NCBI GenBank assembly: GCA_964252075.1 | Contig: CAXULY010000006.1 | Location: forward strand, 64,001 to 128,000 | Direction: 5' to 3' | Length of the DNA stretch: 64,000 nt | Source of the DNA: an uncultured Deinococcaceae bacterium | GTDB lineage: Bacteria; Deinococcota; Deinococci; Deinococcales; Deinococcaceae | Shown here: positions 9,642 to 19,913 of the stretch, piece by piece | Position numbering within the stretch: position 1 is the first letter of the stretch | Layout: each line of letters starts with the position of its first letter | The notes under the pieces: generated by a model | What the model saw: the letters and a program-made list of their open reading frames with translations, nothing else | The model's database searches: none | Told to the model about the DNA's origin: nothing | Program-made: the position numbers and the translations under genes

Positions 9642-10951
9642 CGGCGCCCCTGGACCTCGAGGGGGCGGGCGTGCGGTACCTGCGCGTGCTGTGGTGCGAC
9701 AACGCGAACGTAATCCGCGCGCGCGCCGTGCGCGTGCGCGAAGAGCCGGACGTGCGCGTGAGCATCTCCGCCGGGCAGATGGCGCTGCCCGTCACGCAGG
9801 ACAGCGTGGTGGAGGGCGCCGGCCTCGGCCCGGTGGGGGACGCGGCGCTCGTGCCAGACTGGAGCACCCTGCGCCTGCTGCCGTACGCGCCCGGCGAGGC
9901 GCAGGTGATCGGGGACCTGATGGTGGACGGGCAGCCGTGGGCGCACTGCCCGCGCGCCTTCCTGCGCGCGCAGGTCGCGGCCCTCGCGGCGCGCGGGCTG
10001 AGCGTGCGCGCCGCCTTCGAGAACGAGTTCTACCTGCTGCGCCGCGTGGGCGCGGACCTCGCGCCCGCCGACACCACCGTGTACGCCGCGACGGCCAGCA
10101 TGAACCAGCACCGCGCGTTCATTCACGACCTCACGGACGCCCTCGAAGCGCAGGGCCTGCAGCCCGAGCAGTACTACCCGGAGTCCGGGCCCGGCCAGCA
10201 GGAACTGCCCGTGCGGCACGCCGACGCGCTCGGCAGCGCCGACCAGCAGATCGTGTTCCGCGAGACGGTGCGCGGCGTGGCGCCCGCGCACGGCCTCACC
10301 GCGAGTTTCCTCCCGAAGGTCGTGGAGGACGCGGCGGGCAGCGGCTGCCACATCAACCTCAGCCTGTGGCGCGACGGCCTGAACGCCACGCCGGACGCGC
10401 GGCACCCCACGGGCCTGAGCGCGGAGGCGCGCGCCTTCATCGCGGGCGTGCTCGCGCACCTGCCCGCCCTGTGCGCCCTCACGGTGCCCAGCCCGAACTC
10501 CTACCGACGGTTGCGCCCGCGCGCGTGGGCGGGCGCGTACCGCACGTGGGGCACCGCGAACCGCGAGGCGGCCGTGCGCGTCACTCGTGGCGAGGCGGGC
10601 GCCACGCGCTTCGAACTGAAGACCGCGGACGCCAGCGCCAACCCGTACCTCGCGCTCGGCGCGCTGCTCGCCGCGGGCCTCGACGGCCTCGACCGCGACC
10701 TGCCGCTGCCCGACGAGGCGAAGTTCGACCCCGGGCGCCTCACCGACCACGAGCGCGCCGAACGCCACATTGAGGCGCTGCCGCGCAGCCTGCCCGAAGC
10801 GCTCGCCGCCCTGGAAGGCGACGCCGCGCTGCTCGCCGCGCTCGGCGCGGAGCGCACGCGCACGTACCTCGCGGTGCGCCGCGCGGAGTGGGCGGCGCTG
10901 CACGACCTCAGCCTCGCCGACGAAGTGCGCCTGCTGGCGGAAAGGTACTGA
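9638..10951 (+). CDS. Glutamine synthetase-like (gamma-glutamyl ligase) protein, FluG/NodGS C-terminal type
   Basis: FENEFYL, ESGPGQQE, GSGCHINLSL, NSYRRL, WGTANREA, FELKTADASANPYL. Confidence 0.88.
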   Translation: MTAPLDLEGAGVRYLRVLWCDNANVIRARAVRVREEPDVRVSISAGQMALPVTQDSVVEGAGLGPVGDAALVPDWSTLRLLPYAPGEAQVIGDLMVDGQPWAHCPRAFLRAQVAALAARGLSVRAAFENEFYLLRRVGADLAPADTTVYAATASMNQHRAFIHDLTDALEAQGLQPEQYYPESGPGQQELPVRHADALGSADQQIVFRETVRGVAPAHGLTASFLPKVVEDAAGSGCHINLSLWRDGLNATPDARHPTGLSAEARAFIAGVLAHLPALCALTVPSPNSYRRLRPRAWAGAYRTWGTANREAAVRVTRGEAGATRFELKTADASANPYLALGALLAAGLDGLDRDLPLPDEAKFDPGRLTDHERAERHIEALPRSLPEALAALEGDAALLAALGAERTRTYLAVRRAEWAALHDLSLADEVRLLAERY

Positions 10952-12064
10952 ATGCACGACCTCACCGACGTCCCCCTGTACGACCACCACGCCCACGCCC
11001 TGTACCACGAACCGCTGTGGCGCGCCGCGCCGCTCGAAGGGTACTTCACGGAGGCGTCCGACCCCACCGTGCAGCGGCGCTTCGTGCCGGACAACCTCTT
11101 CTACCGCCGCAGCATCCGCGACCTCGCGGAGCTGTACGCCTGCGACCCCACCCCCGACGCGGTCCGCGCGGCGCGCGCCGCGCGCGAGTACGGCGCGCTG
11201 TGCACCGAACTCTTCCGCGACGCGAACATCGGGCGGGTGCTGATTGACGACGGCTTCTGGCCGGACCGCCTGTGGACCGTGCAGGAAGCGCGCGCGCGCC
11301 TCCCCGTGCCCGTCGCGCGCGTGGTGCGCATCGAGACGGAGCTGCAGGGCCTGATGCCCGCGCACGACACCCTGGATGGCCTGCTGGACGCGCTGGAGGC
11401 GCACCTGCGCGACGCCGGGCGCACCGCGGCGGGCTTCAAGAGCATCATCGCGTACCGCAGCGGCCTGAACGTCACGCCACCCACCCTGGCGGACGCCGAG
11501 CGCAGCTTCACGCGCGAGCGGCAGCGCGGCGGGAAACTCACGGAGAAACCCCTGCTGGACGCCGCGCTGCTGCGCGCCCTGCGCGTCGCGGTGGACCTCA
11601 ACCTGCCCGTGCAGTTCCACACCGGGTACGGCGACCCGGACCTCGACATGCGCCTCGCGAGCCCCCTGCACCTGCGCGAGGTGATCGAGACGCCGGACCT
11701 GAAAGAGTTGCGGGTGGTGCTGCTGCACTGCTACCCCTACGTGCGCGAGGCGGGGTACCTCGCGAGCAGCTACCCCGGCGTGTACCTGGACCTGGGCCTC
11801 ACCATCCCGTACACCAGCGTGCGCGCCATGCTGACCGCCACGCAGGAGGCGCTGCACCTCTCCCCCATCAGCAAGGTGCTGATCTCCACGGACGCGCAGC
11901 GCACGCCAGAACTGTACTGGCTTGCGGCGCGCTGGGCACGGCGGGTGCTGCGCGACGTGCTCACGCAGACCGTGCAGGACGGCGACCTGACGGACACCGA
12001 GGCGGACTGGGCGGCGCGGCGCGTGCTGTGGGACAACGCCAGCGACCTGTACCCGGTGGACTGA
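10952..12064 (+). CDS. Amidohydrolase family protein (FluG/nodulin N-terminal type)
   Basis: DHHAH, FKSIIAYRSGL, QFHTGYGD, LLHCYPY, STDA. Confidence 0.88.
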   Translation: MHDLTDVPLYDHHAHALYHEPLWRAAPLEGYFTEASDPTVQRRFVPDNLFYRRSIRDLAELYACDPTPDAVRAARAAREYGALCTELFRDANIGRVLIDDGFWPDRLWTVQEARARLPVPVARVVRIETELQGLMPAHDTLDGLLDALEAHLRDAGRTAAGFKSIIAYRSGLNVTPPTLADAERSFTRERQRGGKLTEKPLLDAALLRALRVAVDLNLPVQFHTGYGDPDLDMRLASPLHLREVIETPDLKELRVVLLHCYPYVREAGYLASSYPGVYLDLGLTIPYTSVRAMLTATQEALHLSPISKVLISTDAQRTPELYWLAARWARRVLRDVLTQTVQDGDLTDTEADWAARRVLWDNASDLYPVD

Positions 12065-12244
12065 GTGGCCGCCCCAGCGCGCGGAATGGTCCGGAACAGG
12101 GCATGAGCGACCTCTTCGCGGGCACGCCCTGGCATTCCGCGCGCTGCCGCCCCGGCTGTCCGGACGCCGTGCTCGCCTGCCTGCGCGCCGCCTTCCAGCC
12201 GCGCGGCGGTCCCACCGCGCCTCAGGCGCGCACTTCGCCGGTCG

Positions 12245-12988
12245 TCAGCGCACGCGGACGGAGGCCACGAAGCGGTCCAGGCGCGTGAGGCGCGCGTCGT
12301 CCGTGACGGCGTCGAGGGTCCGCGCGGTGCGCGTCACGTAGGCCTTCCACGCCGCGTCCGCGCGGGCAGAGTCGCCGGAGTACAGCGCGTCGTTCACGCG
12401 TTTCGCGTCGGCGTCCGCGTCGTCCTGCGGGAGTTCACGCAGCGGCAGGTCGTACTGGAAGGACACGTACTGCCGCCCATCGTTCGTGAGGCCCTGGAAG
12501 GTGTAGAATACCTGCGCGCGCGTGAGGGGCGCCACCTCCTGGCTGAAGGCCACGAGGTACCGCACGCCGCGCCCACCCTGAAAATCCACGTACTTCACGG
12601 CGCCGTGCAGCACCTGCCCGGCGAACGGGAGGGGCAGGAACGGCAGGTCGCCGCGCACCTCGCGGGGCGCCGGGCGCGCCTTCAGCAGCGCCCGCAGGCC
12701 GTCCACCTCCGTGCGCACGCCCTCGCGCCGCCCCGGGTACTGCGCGAGCAGTCCCGCGACGGGGTACACGTTGAGTTCACGCAGCGCTTGGCCGTCCTGC
12801 ACGCCGAAGGTCGCGCGGACGTGCGCGGGCGGAAAGAACACCGGGGAATCCTCGCCGCGCCGCTCTGCTGGGAGGGCGCGGGTGGTGGCGGGGAGGCCGA
12901 GGGGCCGCGCGTCGAAAGTCACGCGCGGCAGGGCGGCCGAGGCCACCAGGGTGGCGGCCGTCAGGGCGAGCGGCAGGATCACGTTCAT
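12245..12988 (-). CDS. Secreted hypothetical protein
   Basis: Signal peptide MNVILPLALTAATLVASAA; TACCCT-N6-ATG leaderless-type start at 12988. Confidence 0.7.
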   Translation of the reverse strand: MNVILPLALTAATLVASAALPRVTFDARPLGLPATTRALPAERRGEDSPVFFPPAHVRATFGVQDGQALRELNVYPVAGLLAQYPGRREGVRTEVDGLRALLKARPAPREVRGDLPFLPLPFAGQVLHGAVKYVDFQGGRGVRYLVAFSQEVAPLTRAQVFYTFQGLTNDGRQYVSFQYDLPLRELPQDDADADAKRVNDALYSGDSARADAAWKAYVTRTARTLDAVTDDARLTRLDRFVASVRVR

Positions 12989-13216
12989 GCCGTAAGGGTA
13001 CGGCGGGCCGGATGATTCCAGCATGACGCGCGGGGCGGCGCGGACAGCGGCGTAAGGGTCAGGGAGCGGCGGGCCACCGGCGCCTCGCTCGGGAACTCGA
13101 CCCCAGCGCCCGGGCTGCACACGACCTCTAGGCGCAGGCGCTCAACCGCGCCGCGTGCAGCATCATCAGCCGGACCGCCCACCACGCCGATCAGCAGCGT
13201 GGTCCTGGCGTGGCGC

Positions 13217-13960
13217 TCACTCACCGCTCTTCGGGAGGCGCACCTCGAGGTACATGTTCGGCTGCGTGTGGTCGTAATCCATCACGAAGCCGCCCGTGTA
13301 ACTCTGCCCCCAGGGGTTCTCGTTCGGGCTGGTGCGGCGGCGGATGTCGAGCGGCTGACCGTTCAGCGTGGCCGTCACGCGGTACGTGCCCCACATCACG
13401 TTGGCAATGACGGGGCCCGAACCGGACGGCATCAGGGTGGCGGTGCGCGCCTTGCCGGTCGAGCCGTCTGCGAGGGTGCCCACGGGGGTCAGCGTGACCT
13501 GCACCTTGCTGGTGTCCACGTCGTACTCCCCGATGCCGCGCTCGACGAACACGCACGCGAGGTTCCCATACGGGTCGTCGGACGTGACGGGTTTGGGTTT
13601 GAAGATGAAGTCGCGCACGCCGCCCTCCACGCCCGGCACGGCGTCCGCGTTCTTCGGCACGAGGTTCACGGCGACCGTGTGGTCCTGGTACTTCAGCTTC
13701 AGCTTGGCGTACACCGCGAAGGTGAACGGGAACTTGCGGACGTCCACCTTGTACTGCCCCCGGGCGTCCGTGGTGGTGATGAGGTTGCTGTCGTACGCGA
13801 GGGTGTTGTCCACGTCAATCTCGACGCCGGGCATGGGTTTGCCCTGCTCGTTCACGACGGTGCCCGTGATGAAGCCCTTCTGGGCCGGGGTGGCGTGGGC
13901 GGCGCCGGTGAGTGCGGCGATGGTCAGGACGGTCAGGGCGGTGAGGCGGGTGGTGTGCAT
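13217..13960 (-). CDS. Secreted protein with carboxypeptidase-regulatory-like (transthyretin-like) domain
   Basis: Signal peptide; ITGTVVNEQGKPMPGVEI...TTDARGQY; AAGGAG RBS. Confidence 0.8.
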   Translation of the reverse strand: MHTTRLTALTVLTIAALTGAAHATPAQKGFITGTVVNEQGKPMPGVEIDVDNTLAYDSNLITTTDARGQYKVDVRKFPFTFAVYAKLKLKYQDHTVAVNLVPKNADAVPGVEGGVRDFIFKPKPVTSDDPYGNLACVFVERGIGEYDVDTSKVQVTLTPVGTLADGSTGKARTATLMPSGSGPVIANVMWGTYRVTATLNGQPLDIRRRTSPNENPWGQSYTGGFVMDYDHTQPNMYLEVRLPKSGE

Positions 13961-13985
13961 GGGGTGCTCCTTGTGTGGGGTGGGG

Positions 13986-15338
13986 TCAGCGTCGGGTGAG
14001 GGTGAGGGTGCCGGTGCCGAGGTCCGCGCGCTTGCCGCGCACCTGCCCCTCGTAGCGGTCCCCGTCGAAGCGGCCCTGAACGGTGAGTTCGAAGGTGTCG
14101 CCGGTCTCGTCCGTCAGGCCGAGGTCCAGGTCGCCGGTCGCGCTGTTGCCGTTCGCGTACTCGACGGGCGCGGCGCCGAAACCGAGGATGCGGGGAGAGT
14201 CGTCCTGCAGCGTGACCTTCAGGCGGTACGTGCGGCCCGCCAGCGTGAGGACCGCGTCCCAGTCGCCCGAGGCCGTCCACCGGGCGGGCGCCGGGGTGGG
14301 CGAGGCGGCGCTGCTGGTGGGCGGCGTGACCGCCGCGCGGCCCGTGGCGGGCGCGGACTCGGGCGGGGTGCCGAGCGGGCGGTTGAAGAGCGTCGTGCCG
14401 CTCGCGGAGGTGAGGCTCAGGACGCGCTGCCCGTCCGCGTTCACCCGCACATTCACGCGTTCGCGGTACGGCTTGACGGTGTTCGTCGCGCGGGACACCT
14501 TCCCCGGCGAGCAGGTGTAGCCGGTCGAGGCGCTCGTGGTGGGCGTGAAGCTCAGCGTGTCGCCGCTGAACGCCACCCGGCCCTGCTCCTGCACGAGGAG
14601 CTTCGAGGTGCAGTTGTAGGTGGTGACCACGAGCAGGCCCGTGCGTTCGTACGTGGCGTCCGGCCTGAGTTTGAGGATGACGCTCGTGCCGCTCGCCTCC
14701 GCCCATTTGCCCGTCGCGGCGTTGTAGTACTCGGTGGGCGCGATGCGCCCGCTGTTCCACTCGCCGCGCAGTTCGGCCGGCAGGGCGGTCGTGGCCGCCT
14801 GACCTGCACTGGGGGTGCGGCGGGCGAAGGTGAGGGCGTTCTTCCCGGACCCGATGGTCAGCTGACGCCCCGCGACGCGCCACGTGTCCGTCTCGGTCGG
14901 TCCGCCCGCGCGGGTGGTCGTGACGCCCGCGAAGCGCTTGCAGCCGCCGTTGAGGGCCGCGGGCGACACGCCCGCGGTGCGCTTCACGGCGGTGGGCTTC
15001 AGGGTGATCTGGCCCCCGCGGACGGTGAAGGTCCCGCGCTCCAGCGTGACGTCGAGGCTCTCGCAGGCGATGAGCAGCGTCGACATGGGCGCGTACCCGG
15101 GGATGTGCGTCAGCTGCACCTTCCCGAACTGGTACGTGCCGTCCTGATTGAACACGAACCGCGCGGAGTTCGCGTGCGCCAGCGTGGGCGAGGCGTACGC
15201 CTCGTCGGGGAGTTGAGCGCCGCTGAACCACGCGCCGACGAGGGCCGACGGCACCGCCGCAGGTGCGGCGCCCGCGGCGGTGGCCGCAAGCAGCGCGCCG
15301 GTCAGTACGAATCTGGGTGTGGGGTGGGGTCTCTTCAT
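13986..15338 (-). CDS. Secreted multi-domain beta-rich hypothetical protein with internal repeat
   Basis: AGGAG RBS before MKRPHPT; two modules LVGAWFSG..DGTY / LRGEWNSG..DATY; Pro/Ala/Thr linker. Confidence 0.7.
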   Translation of the reverse strand: MKRPHPTPRFVLTGALLAATAAGAAPAAVPSALVGAWFSGAQLPDEAYASPTLAHANSARFVFNQDGTYQFGKVQLTHIPGYAPMSTLLIACESLDVTLERGTFTVRGGQITLKPTAVKRTAGVSPAALNGGCKRFAGVTTTRAGGPTETDTWRVAGRQLTIGSGKNALTFARRTPSAGQAATTALPAELRGEWNSGRIAPTEYYNAATGKWAEASGTSVILKLRPDATYERTGLLVVTTYNCTSKLLVQEQGRVAFSGDTLSFTPTTSASTGYTCSPGKVSRATNTVKPYRERVNVRVNADGQRVLSLTSASGTTLFNRPLGTPPESAPATGRAAVTPPTSSAASPTPAPARWTASGDWDAVLTLAGRTYRLKVTLQDDSPRILGFGAAPVEYANGNSATGDLDLGLTDETGDTFELTVQGRFDGDRYEGQVRGKRADLGTGTLTLTRR

Positions 15339-15730
15339 CGCCATGCTCCTCGGGGGACCGCGTGGTCCCTTCGTTTCCGTCCTGAAGGTAGGGGGAGCAG
15401 GATGGCGCCACGATGGTACGCCCGCAGGCGAACGGGCGAGCGCGCACCCAGAAGCTTCGGGTGACCCCAAGGCAGGGCCGAACGGCGGTCCGCGCATCGC
15501 TGAGTGCTGCCGCACCCTGAGCGCCTGCACCGTACGTCTAGAGCGGCAACTGGGTGTTCACTTGACTGGCCCTCGACCCCAGCGCACGGCCCTGCAACGG
15601 ATGCCCGGCGCGGCACCTCCCAAATTGGGGACGCCCCCTCTAAGTTGCCATCGCGGAAGGCCTGAAGTGCGGGCGCGGTGGGCCAGCCAGGCGCTTCCGC
15701 TGCTCGTGCGTTCGGTACGATGGAGGTCGC

Positions 15731-16651
15731 ATGACCATCAACGAGCACCTGGACACTTTCGCGGGGTTCCGCGTGACGCCCTGGACGCCGGGCGAGCCGC
15801 TGGGCGACCCGGAGACCACCATTCACCGGCTGTTCGTCGAGTACGACGATGAGGGGTCGTGGGTGGACCGCTTCCGCGCGTTTCTCGATGAGCCGAACGT
15901 GTCTGAGACGCGCGGGCTGGTGGTGGGCATGTGGCACCCGGAGGTGCTGACGGACAACCCGCCGGACGCGGTGGTGGAGGCGCTGGTGAGCGCCCGCGAG
16001 CGCCTGCCACACCTCCGCGCGTTGTTCTTCGGGGACATCACCATGGAGGAGAGCGAGATCTCGTGGATCACCAACACGGACCTCTCGCCCCTGTGGGCGG
16101 CGTACCCGGACCTGGAGGAGTTCGGTGTGCGCGGCGGGAACGACCTGAGTCTCGGTCAGCTGCGCCTCCCGAAGCTGCACACCCTGGTGATTCAGAGTGG
16201 CGGCCTGGATGGGCGCGTGGTGCGCGAGGTGATGAACGCGGACCTCCCGGCCCTGGAGCACCTGGAGTTGTACCTCGGCACGGACAATTACGGCGCGACC
16301 GCCACGCCCGAGGACCTCAGCCCGCTGCTGGACGGCGCGCTCTTCCCGAAGCTCACGTACCTGGGGTTGCGGGACAGCGACCGGGCGGACGAGTTCGCGC
16401 AGGTGATCGCGAACGCGCCCATCACCGCGCGCCTGGAGGTGCTGGACCTGTCGCTCGGCACGCTCTCCGACGAGGGCGCCGCCGCGCTGCTGGCGAGCCC
16501 GGCGGTGCGGGGGCTGAAGAAGCTCGATGTGCACCACCACTGGTGCAGCGACGAGGTGATGGAACAGCTGCGGGCGCTGGGCACCCAGGTGGACGTGAGC
16601 GAGCAGCAGGACCTGGAGGAGGACTGGCGTTTCGTCGCCATCGGTGAGTGA
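15731..16651 (+). CDS. STM4015-family leucine-rich-repeat protein
   Basis: GGAGG RBS; LRALFFGDI..EESEISWI, LEHLELYLG, LEVLDLSLGTLSDEGA, C-terminal RFVAIGE. Confidence 0.85.
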   Translation: MTINEHLDTFAGFRVTPWTPGEPLGDPETTIHRLFVEYDDEGSWVDRFRAFLDEPNVSETRGLVVGMWHPEVLTDNPPDAVVEALVSARERLPHLRALFFGDITMEESEISWITNTDLSPLWAAYPDLEEFGVRGGNDLSLGQLRLPKLHTLVIQSGGLDGRVVREVMNADLPALEHLELYLGTDNYGATATPEDLSPLLDGALFPKLTYLGLRDSDRADEFAQVIANAPITARLEVLDLSLGTLSDEGAAALLASPAVRGLKKLDVHHHWCSDEVMEQLRALGTQVDVSEQQDLEEDWRFVAIGE

Positions 16652-17786
16652 GGCGCCCGTGGGTCTGGGCCCACCGCGCGGGGTGCTGCTGGTCGCGCCG
16701 CCGGCCTCCCGGCGGGTGCGGGCGTTCCAGGAGACCCTGCGGGTGCACGGCTGGCCGCCCGCGCGGGTGGTGCCGTACCTCGACCTGCTGAGGGGAAACG
16801 CGCGCCTCCAGGACCTGGTGCGCCCCGGTGACGTGGTGCGGCTGGAGTCGCCCGGTGAGGACATCGGGACGGAGCGGGCCCTGCTGGACCACGGGGGCGG
16901 CCTGGGGAGCGAGGGCGCCGCCCTGGACCTGACTGGTGGCGAGGTGCTGCCCACCCGTACGTGGTACCGCGGCTTCCATCGCCTGCTGACCGCCCTCGAC
17001 GACGACCTCCGCCTGGCGCCCCCCCACGGGCGCATGCAGGCGGTGCCGGAGGTCCTGGCGATGTTCGACAAGCGCGTCACGCACGGTCGCCTGCAGCGGG
17101 CGGGGGTGCCCGTACCCGAGGCATTGGAGGAAGTCCGCTCGGCGGAGGACCTCCTGGACGCCCTGCGCGCGCGCGGGTGGCGGAGGGCCTTCGTGAAGCT
17201 CGCGCACGGGTCGAGCGCGTCGGGCGCCCTGGCGCTGGAGATCGGAGGGGAGCGGGTGCAGGCCACCACCACGGTGGAGGCCGTGCCCACGCCGGGCGGC
17301 CTGCGCCTGTTCAACTCGCGGCGCCTGCGGCGGGTGCGCGGCTGGGGGGAGGTGCGCGCGCTGATTGACGCGCTCGCGCCGCAGGGCCTGCACGTGGAGC
17401 GCTGGGTGCCGAAGGCGGGCTGGGCGGGGCGCCCATTCGACCTGCGGGTGGTGGTGATCGCGGGGCGGGCGCGGCACGTGCTGGTGCGCCTGGGGCGCGG
17501 CAGCATGACGAACCTGCACCTCGGCGGGGACCGCGGGGACTGGGACGCCGTGCGCGCCCGCCTGGGGGAGGACCGCTGGCGCGCCGTGCGCGGCAGTTGC
17601 GAGGCGGCGCTCGCGCGCTTCCCCGGCGCGCTGTACGCGGGGGTGGATGTGCTGATCACGCCGGGCTGGCAGCGGCACGCGGTGCTGGAGGTGAACGCCT
17701 TCGGGGACTACCACCGCGGCGTGCTCTCCGAGGGCCTCGACACCTACGGCGCGGAGTTGCGGGCGCTGCAGGCGGCGCATGCTTGA
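16644..17786 (+). CDS. STM4014-family ATP-grasp-like protein
   Basis: VRLESPGE, MFDKR, FVKLAHGSSASG, FDLRVVV, MTNLHLG, EVNAFGD. Confidence 0.85.
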   Translation: MSEAPVGLGPPRGVLLVAPPASRRVRAFQETLRVHGWPPARVVPYLDLLRGNARLQDLVRPGDVVRLESPGEDIGTERALLDHGGGLGSEGAALDLTGGEVLPTRTWYRGFHRLLTALDDDLRLAPPHGRMQAVPEVLAMFDKRVTHGRLQRAGVPVPEALEEVRSAEDLLDALRARGWRRAFVKLAHGSSASGALALEIGGERVQATTTVEAVPTPGGLRLFNSRRLRRVRGWGEVRALIDALAPQGLHVERWVPKAGWAGRPFDLRVVVIAGRARHVLVRLGRGSMTNLHLGGDRGDWDAVRARLGEDRWRAVRGSCEAALARFPGALYAGVDVLITPGWQRHAVLEVNAFGDYHRGVLSEGLDTYGAELRALQAAHA

Positions 17787-18588
17787 CGTGAACGCCCTGA
17801 TCGGCACGCACGACGTCACGCTGGTCACCCTGGACTGCCTGCGCCTGGACGTGGCGCGGGAGGCGCTGGCGCTGGGCGAGACGCCGAATGTCGCGGCGCT
17901 GCTGGGTGAGGCGGGCTGGGAGGCGCGGCACACGCCGGGCAGCTTCACCTACGCCGCGCATCAGGCTTTCTTCGCGGGTTTCCTGCCCACGCCCGCCCGG
18001 CCGGGGCGCCACCCGCGGCTGTTCGCGGCGCGCTTCGCGGGCAGCGAGACGACCGCGCGCCACACCTTCACCTTCGACGAGGCGACCCTGCCGGAGGCGC
18101 TCGCGGCGCGCGGGTACCACACCCTGTGCGTGGGCGGGGTGGGCTTCTTCAGTGGGCGGACGGCGCTCGGCGCGGCGCTGCCCGCGCTGTTCGCGGAGCG
18201 GCACTGGTCGCCCGCGATGGGCGTGACGGGCGCGCGGTCTGCGGAGTTCCAGTTCCGGCGGGTGGCGCGCTCCCTGGAGGCGCTGGGGTCGGATCAGCGG
18301 GCGTTCGTGTTCGTGAACGTGTCCGCCACCCACCCGCCCACCGTGCAGTACCTGCCGGGCGAGACGCGGGAATCCACCCGGACGCAGGGCGCCGCCCTGC
18401 GCAGCGTGGACGCCGAGCTGCCTACCCTGCTGGATGCCCTGCGGCGCCGGGGGCCGGGCCTCCTGGTCATTTGCGCGGATCACGGCACGTGCTTCGGGGA
18501 CGACGGGTACTGGGGGCACCGGGTCGCTCACCCCGCCGTGTGGACTGTCCCCTATGCTGAGCTGCTGCTCCCCGGAACCCCACCATGA
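17779..18588 (+). CDS. STM4013/SEN3800-family hydrolase (alkaline phosphatase/sulfatase superfamily)
   Basis: VTLDCLRLDVA, HTPGSFTYAAH, ADHGT..GDDGYWGHR. Confidence 0.85.
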   Translation: MLDVNALIGTHDVTLVTLDCLRLDVAREALALGETPNVAALLGEAGWEARHTPGSFTYAAHQAFFAGFLPTPARPGRHPRLFAARFAGSETTARHTFTFDEATLPEALAARGYHTLCVGGVGFFSGRTALGAALPALFAERHWSPAMGVTGARSAEFQFRRVARSLEALGSDQRAFVFVNVSATHPPTVQYLPGETRESTRTQGAALRSVDAELPTLLDALRRRGPGLLVICADHGTCFGDDGYWGHRVAHPAVWTVPYAELLLPGTPP

Positions 18589-19913
18589 CCATGACCGCCC
18601 CCCTGCTGGACCACCTGCGCGCCGACCCGTACCGCGCCTACACCTACGCCTACCCGCACAAGACCGCGTACCGCCCGCTCGACCCGCCGGTGCCGCTGCG
18701 CGAGGCGTGGGCGGACGAGGACCGCTCGGCGCTGTTCCTGTACGTGCACATTCCCTTCTGCGAGATGCGCTGCGGCTTCTGCAACCTCTTCACCACGGTG
18801 GGGGCGGGCGAGGCCCTGGAGCGCGCGTACCTGCAGGCCCTGAAGCGGCAGGCGCTGCGCGTGCGGGATGCCCTCGAGGACGCGGCGTTCTCGCGCATCG
18901 CCGTGGGGGGCGGCACCCCGACGTACCTGGAGGCGCCGGAGCTGGAGGGGCTGTTCGACCTGCTGGCGCGCACGTTTCAGGCGGCGCCCGCCGCGCTGCC
19001 CACCTCGGTGGAGACGTCCCCGGCGACCGCCACGCCGGAGCGCCTGCGGGTCCTGCGGGAGCGGGGCGTGCAGCGCGTCAGCATCGGCGTGCAGAGCTTC
19101 GTGGACGCGGAGGTGCGCGGGGTGGGCCGCGCGCAGCGCGGGGCGGTGGTGCACGGGGCGCTGGAGGCGATCCGCGCGGCGGGCCTGCCCACCCTGAACA
19201 TCGACCTGATGTACGGTCTGGCGCACCAGACGCCCGAGACCTGGCTGACATCCCTGCGCACGGCGCTCACGTACCGGCCCGAGGAGCTGTACCTGTACCC
19301 GCTGTACGTGCGGCCCCTGACGGGCATCGGGCGGACGGGCCGCTCCTGGGACGACGAGCGCCTGGAGCTGTACCGCCTGGGCCGGGACCATCTGCGGGCG
19401 AACGGGTACGTGCAGGTGTCCATGCGGATGTTCCGCCGCGCGGACGCGCCCGCGGAGGGCGGGCCCGCGTACCGCTGCCAGACGGACGGCATGGTGGGCC
19501 TCGGGTGCGGCGCGCGCTCGTACACGGGATCGCTGCATTACTCCAGCGAGTACGCGGTGGGCGCGCAGGGCGTGCGGGAGATCCTGGCGTCGTACGTGCG
19601 GCGCGCAGGCGCGGACTTCGACGTGGCGGCGCATGGCATCCAGCTGGGCGAGGACGAGCGGCGGCGCCGCCACGCCCTGCAGTCCCTGCTGCAGGTGGAG
19701 GGCCTCCAGCGGGCGGAATACGCGGCGCAGTTCGGCGCGGACGTGCTGGCCCACCTGCCCCAGTTGCGCGAACTCACCGAGGTGGGCCTGGCGGTGCTCG
19801 ACGGCACGACCCTGCGCCTCACGGACGCGGGCCTGGAGCTCTCCGACGCGATCGGGCCGTGGCTGTACTCGGACGCCGTGCGCGCCCTCTCGGACGGGTA
19901 CGCGTGGCGGTGA
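18585..19913 (+). CDS. STM4012-family HemN-like radical SAM protein
   Basis: YAYPHKTAY, LYVHIPFCEMRCGFC (CxxxCxxC), GGGTPT, NIDLMYG. Confidence 0.9.
   Translation: MTMTAPLLDHLRADPYRAYTYAYPHKTAYRPLDPPVPLREAWADEDRSALFLYVHIPFCEMRCGFCNLFTTVGAGEALERAYLQALKRQALRVRDALEDAAFSRIAVGGGTPTYLEAPELEGLFDLLARTFQAAPAALPTSVETSPATATPERLRVLRERGVQRVSIGVQSFVDAEVRGVGRAQRGAVVHGALEAIRAAGLPTLNIDLMYGLAHQTPETWLTSLRTALTYRPEELYLYPLYVRPLTGIGRTGRSWDDERLELYRLGRDHLRANGYVQVSMRMFRRADAPAEGGPAYRCQTDGMVGLGCGARSYTGSLHYSSEYAVGAQGVREILASYVRRAGADFDVAAHGIQLGEDERRRRHALQSLLQVEGLQRAEYAAQFGADVLAHLPQLRELTEVGLAVLDGTTLRLTDAGLELSDAIGPWLYSDAVRALSDGYAWR

Noticed and set aside
9638..10951. glnA (housekeeping glutamine synthetase)
   Set aside because: Divergent N-terminus, FELK motif and amidohydrolase partner point to a GS-like ligase
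18585..19913. hemN/hemW annotation
   Set aside because: YAYPHKTAY N-terminus and operon context indicate the STM4012 family, not heme synthesis
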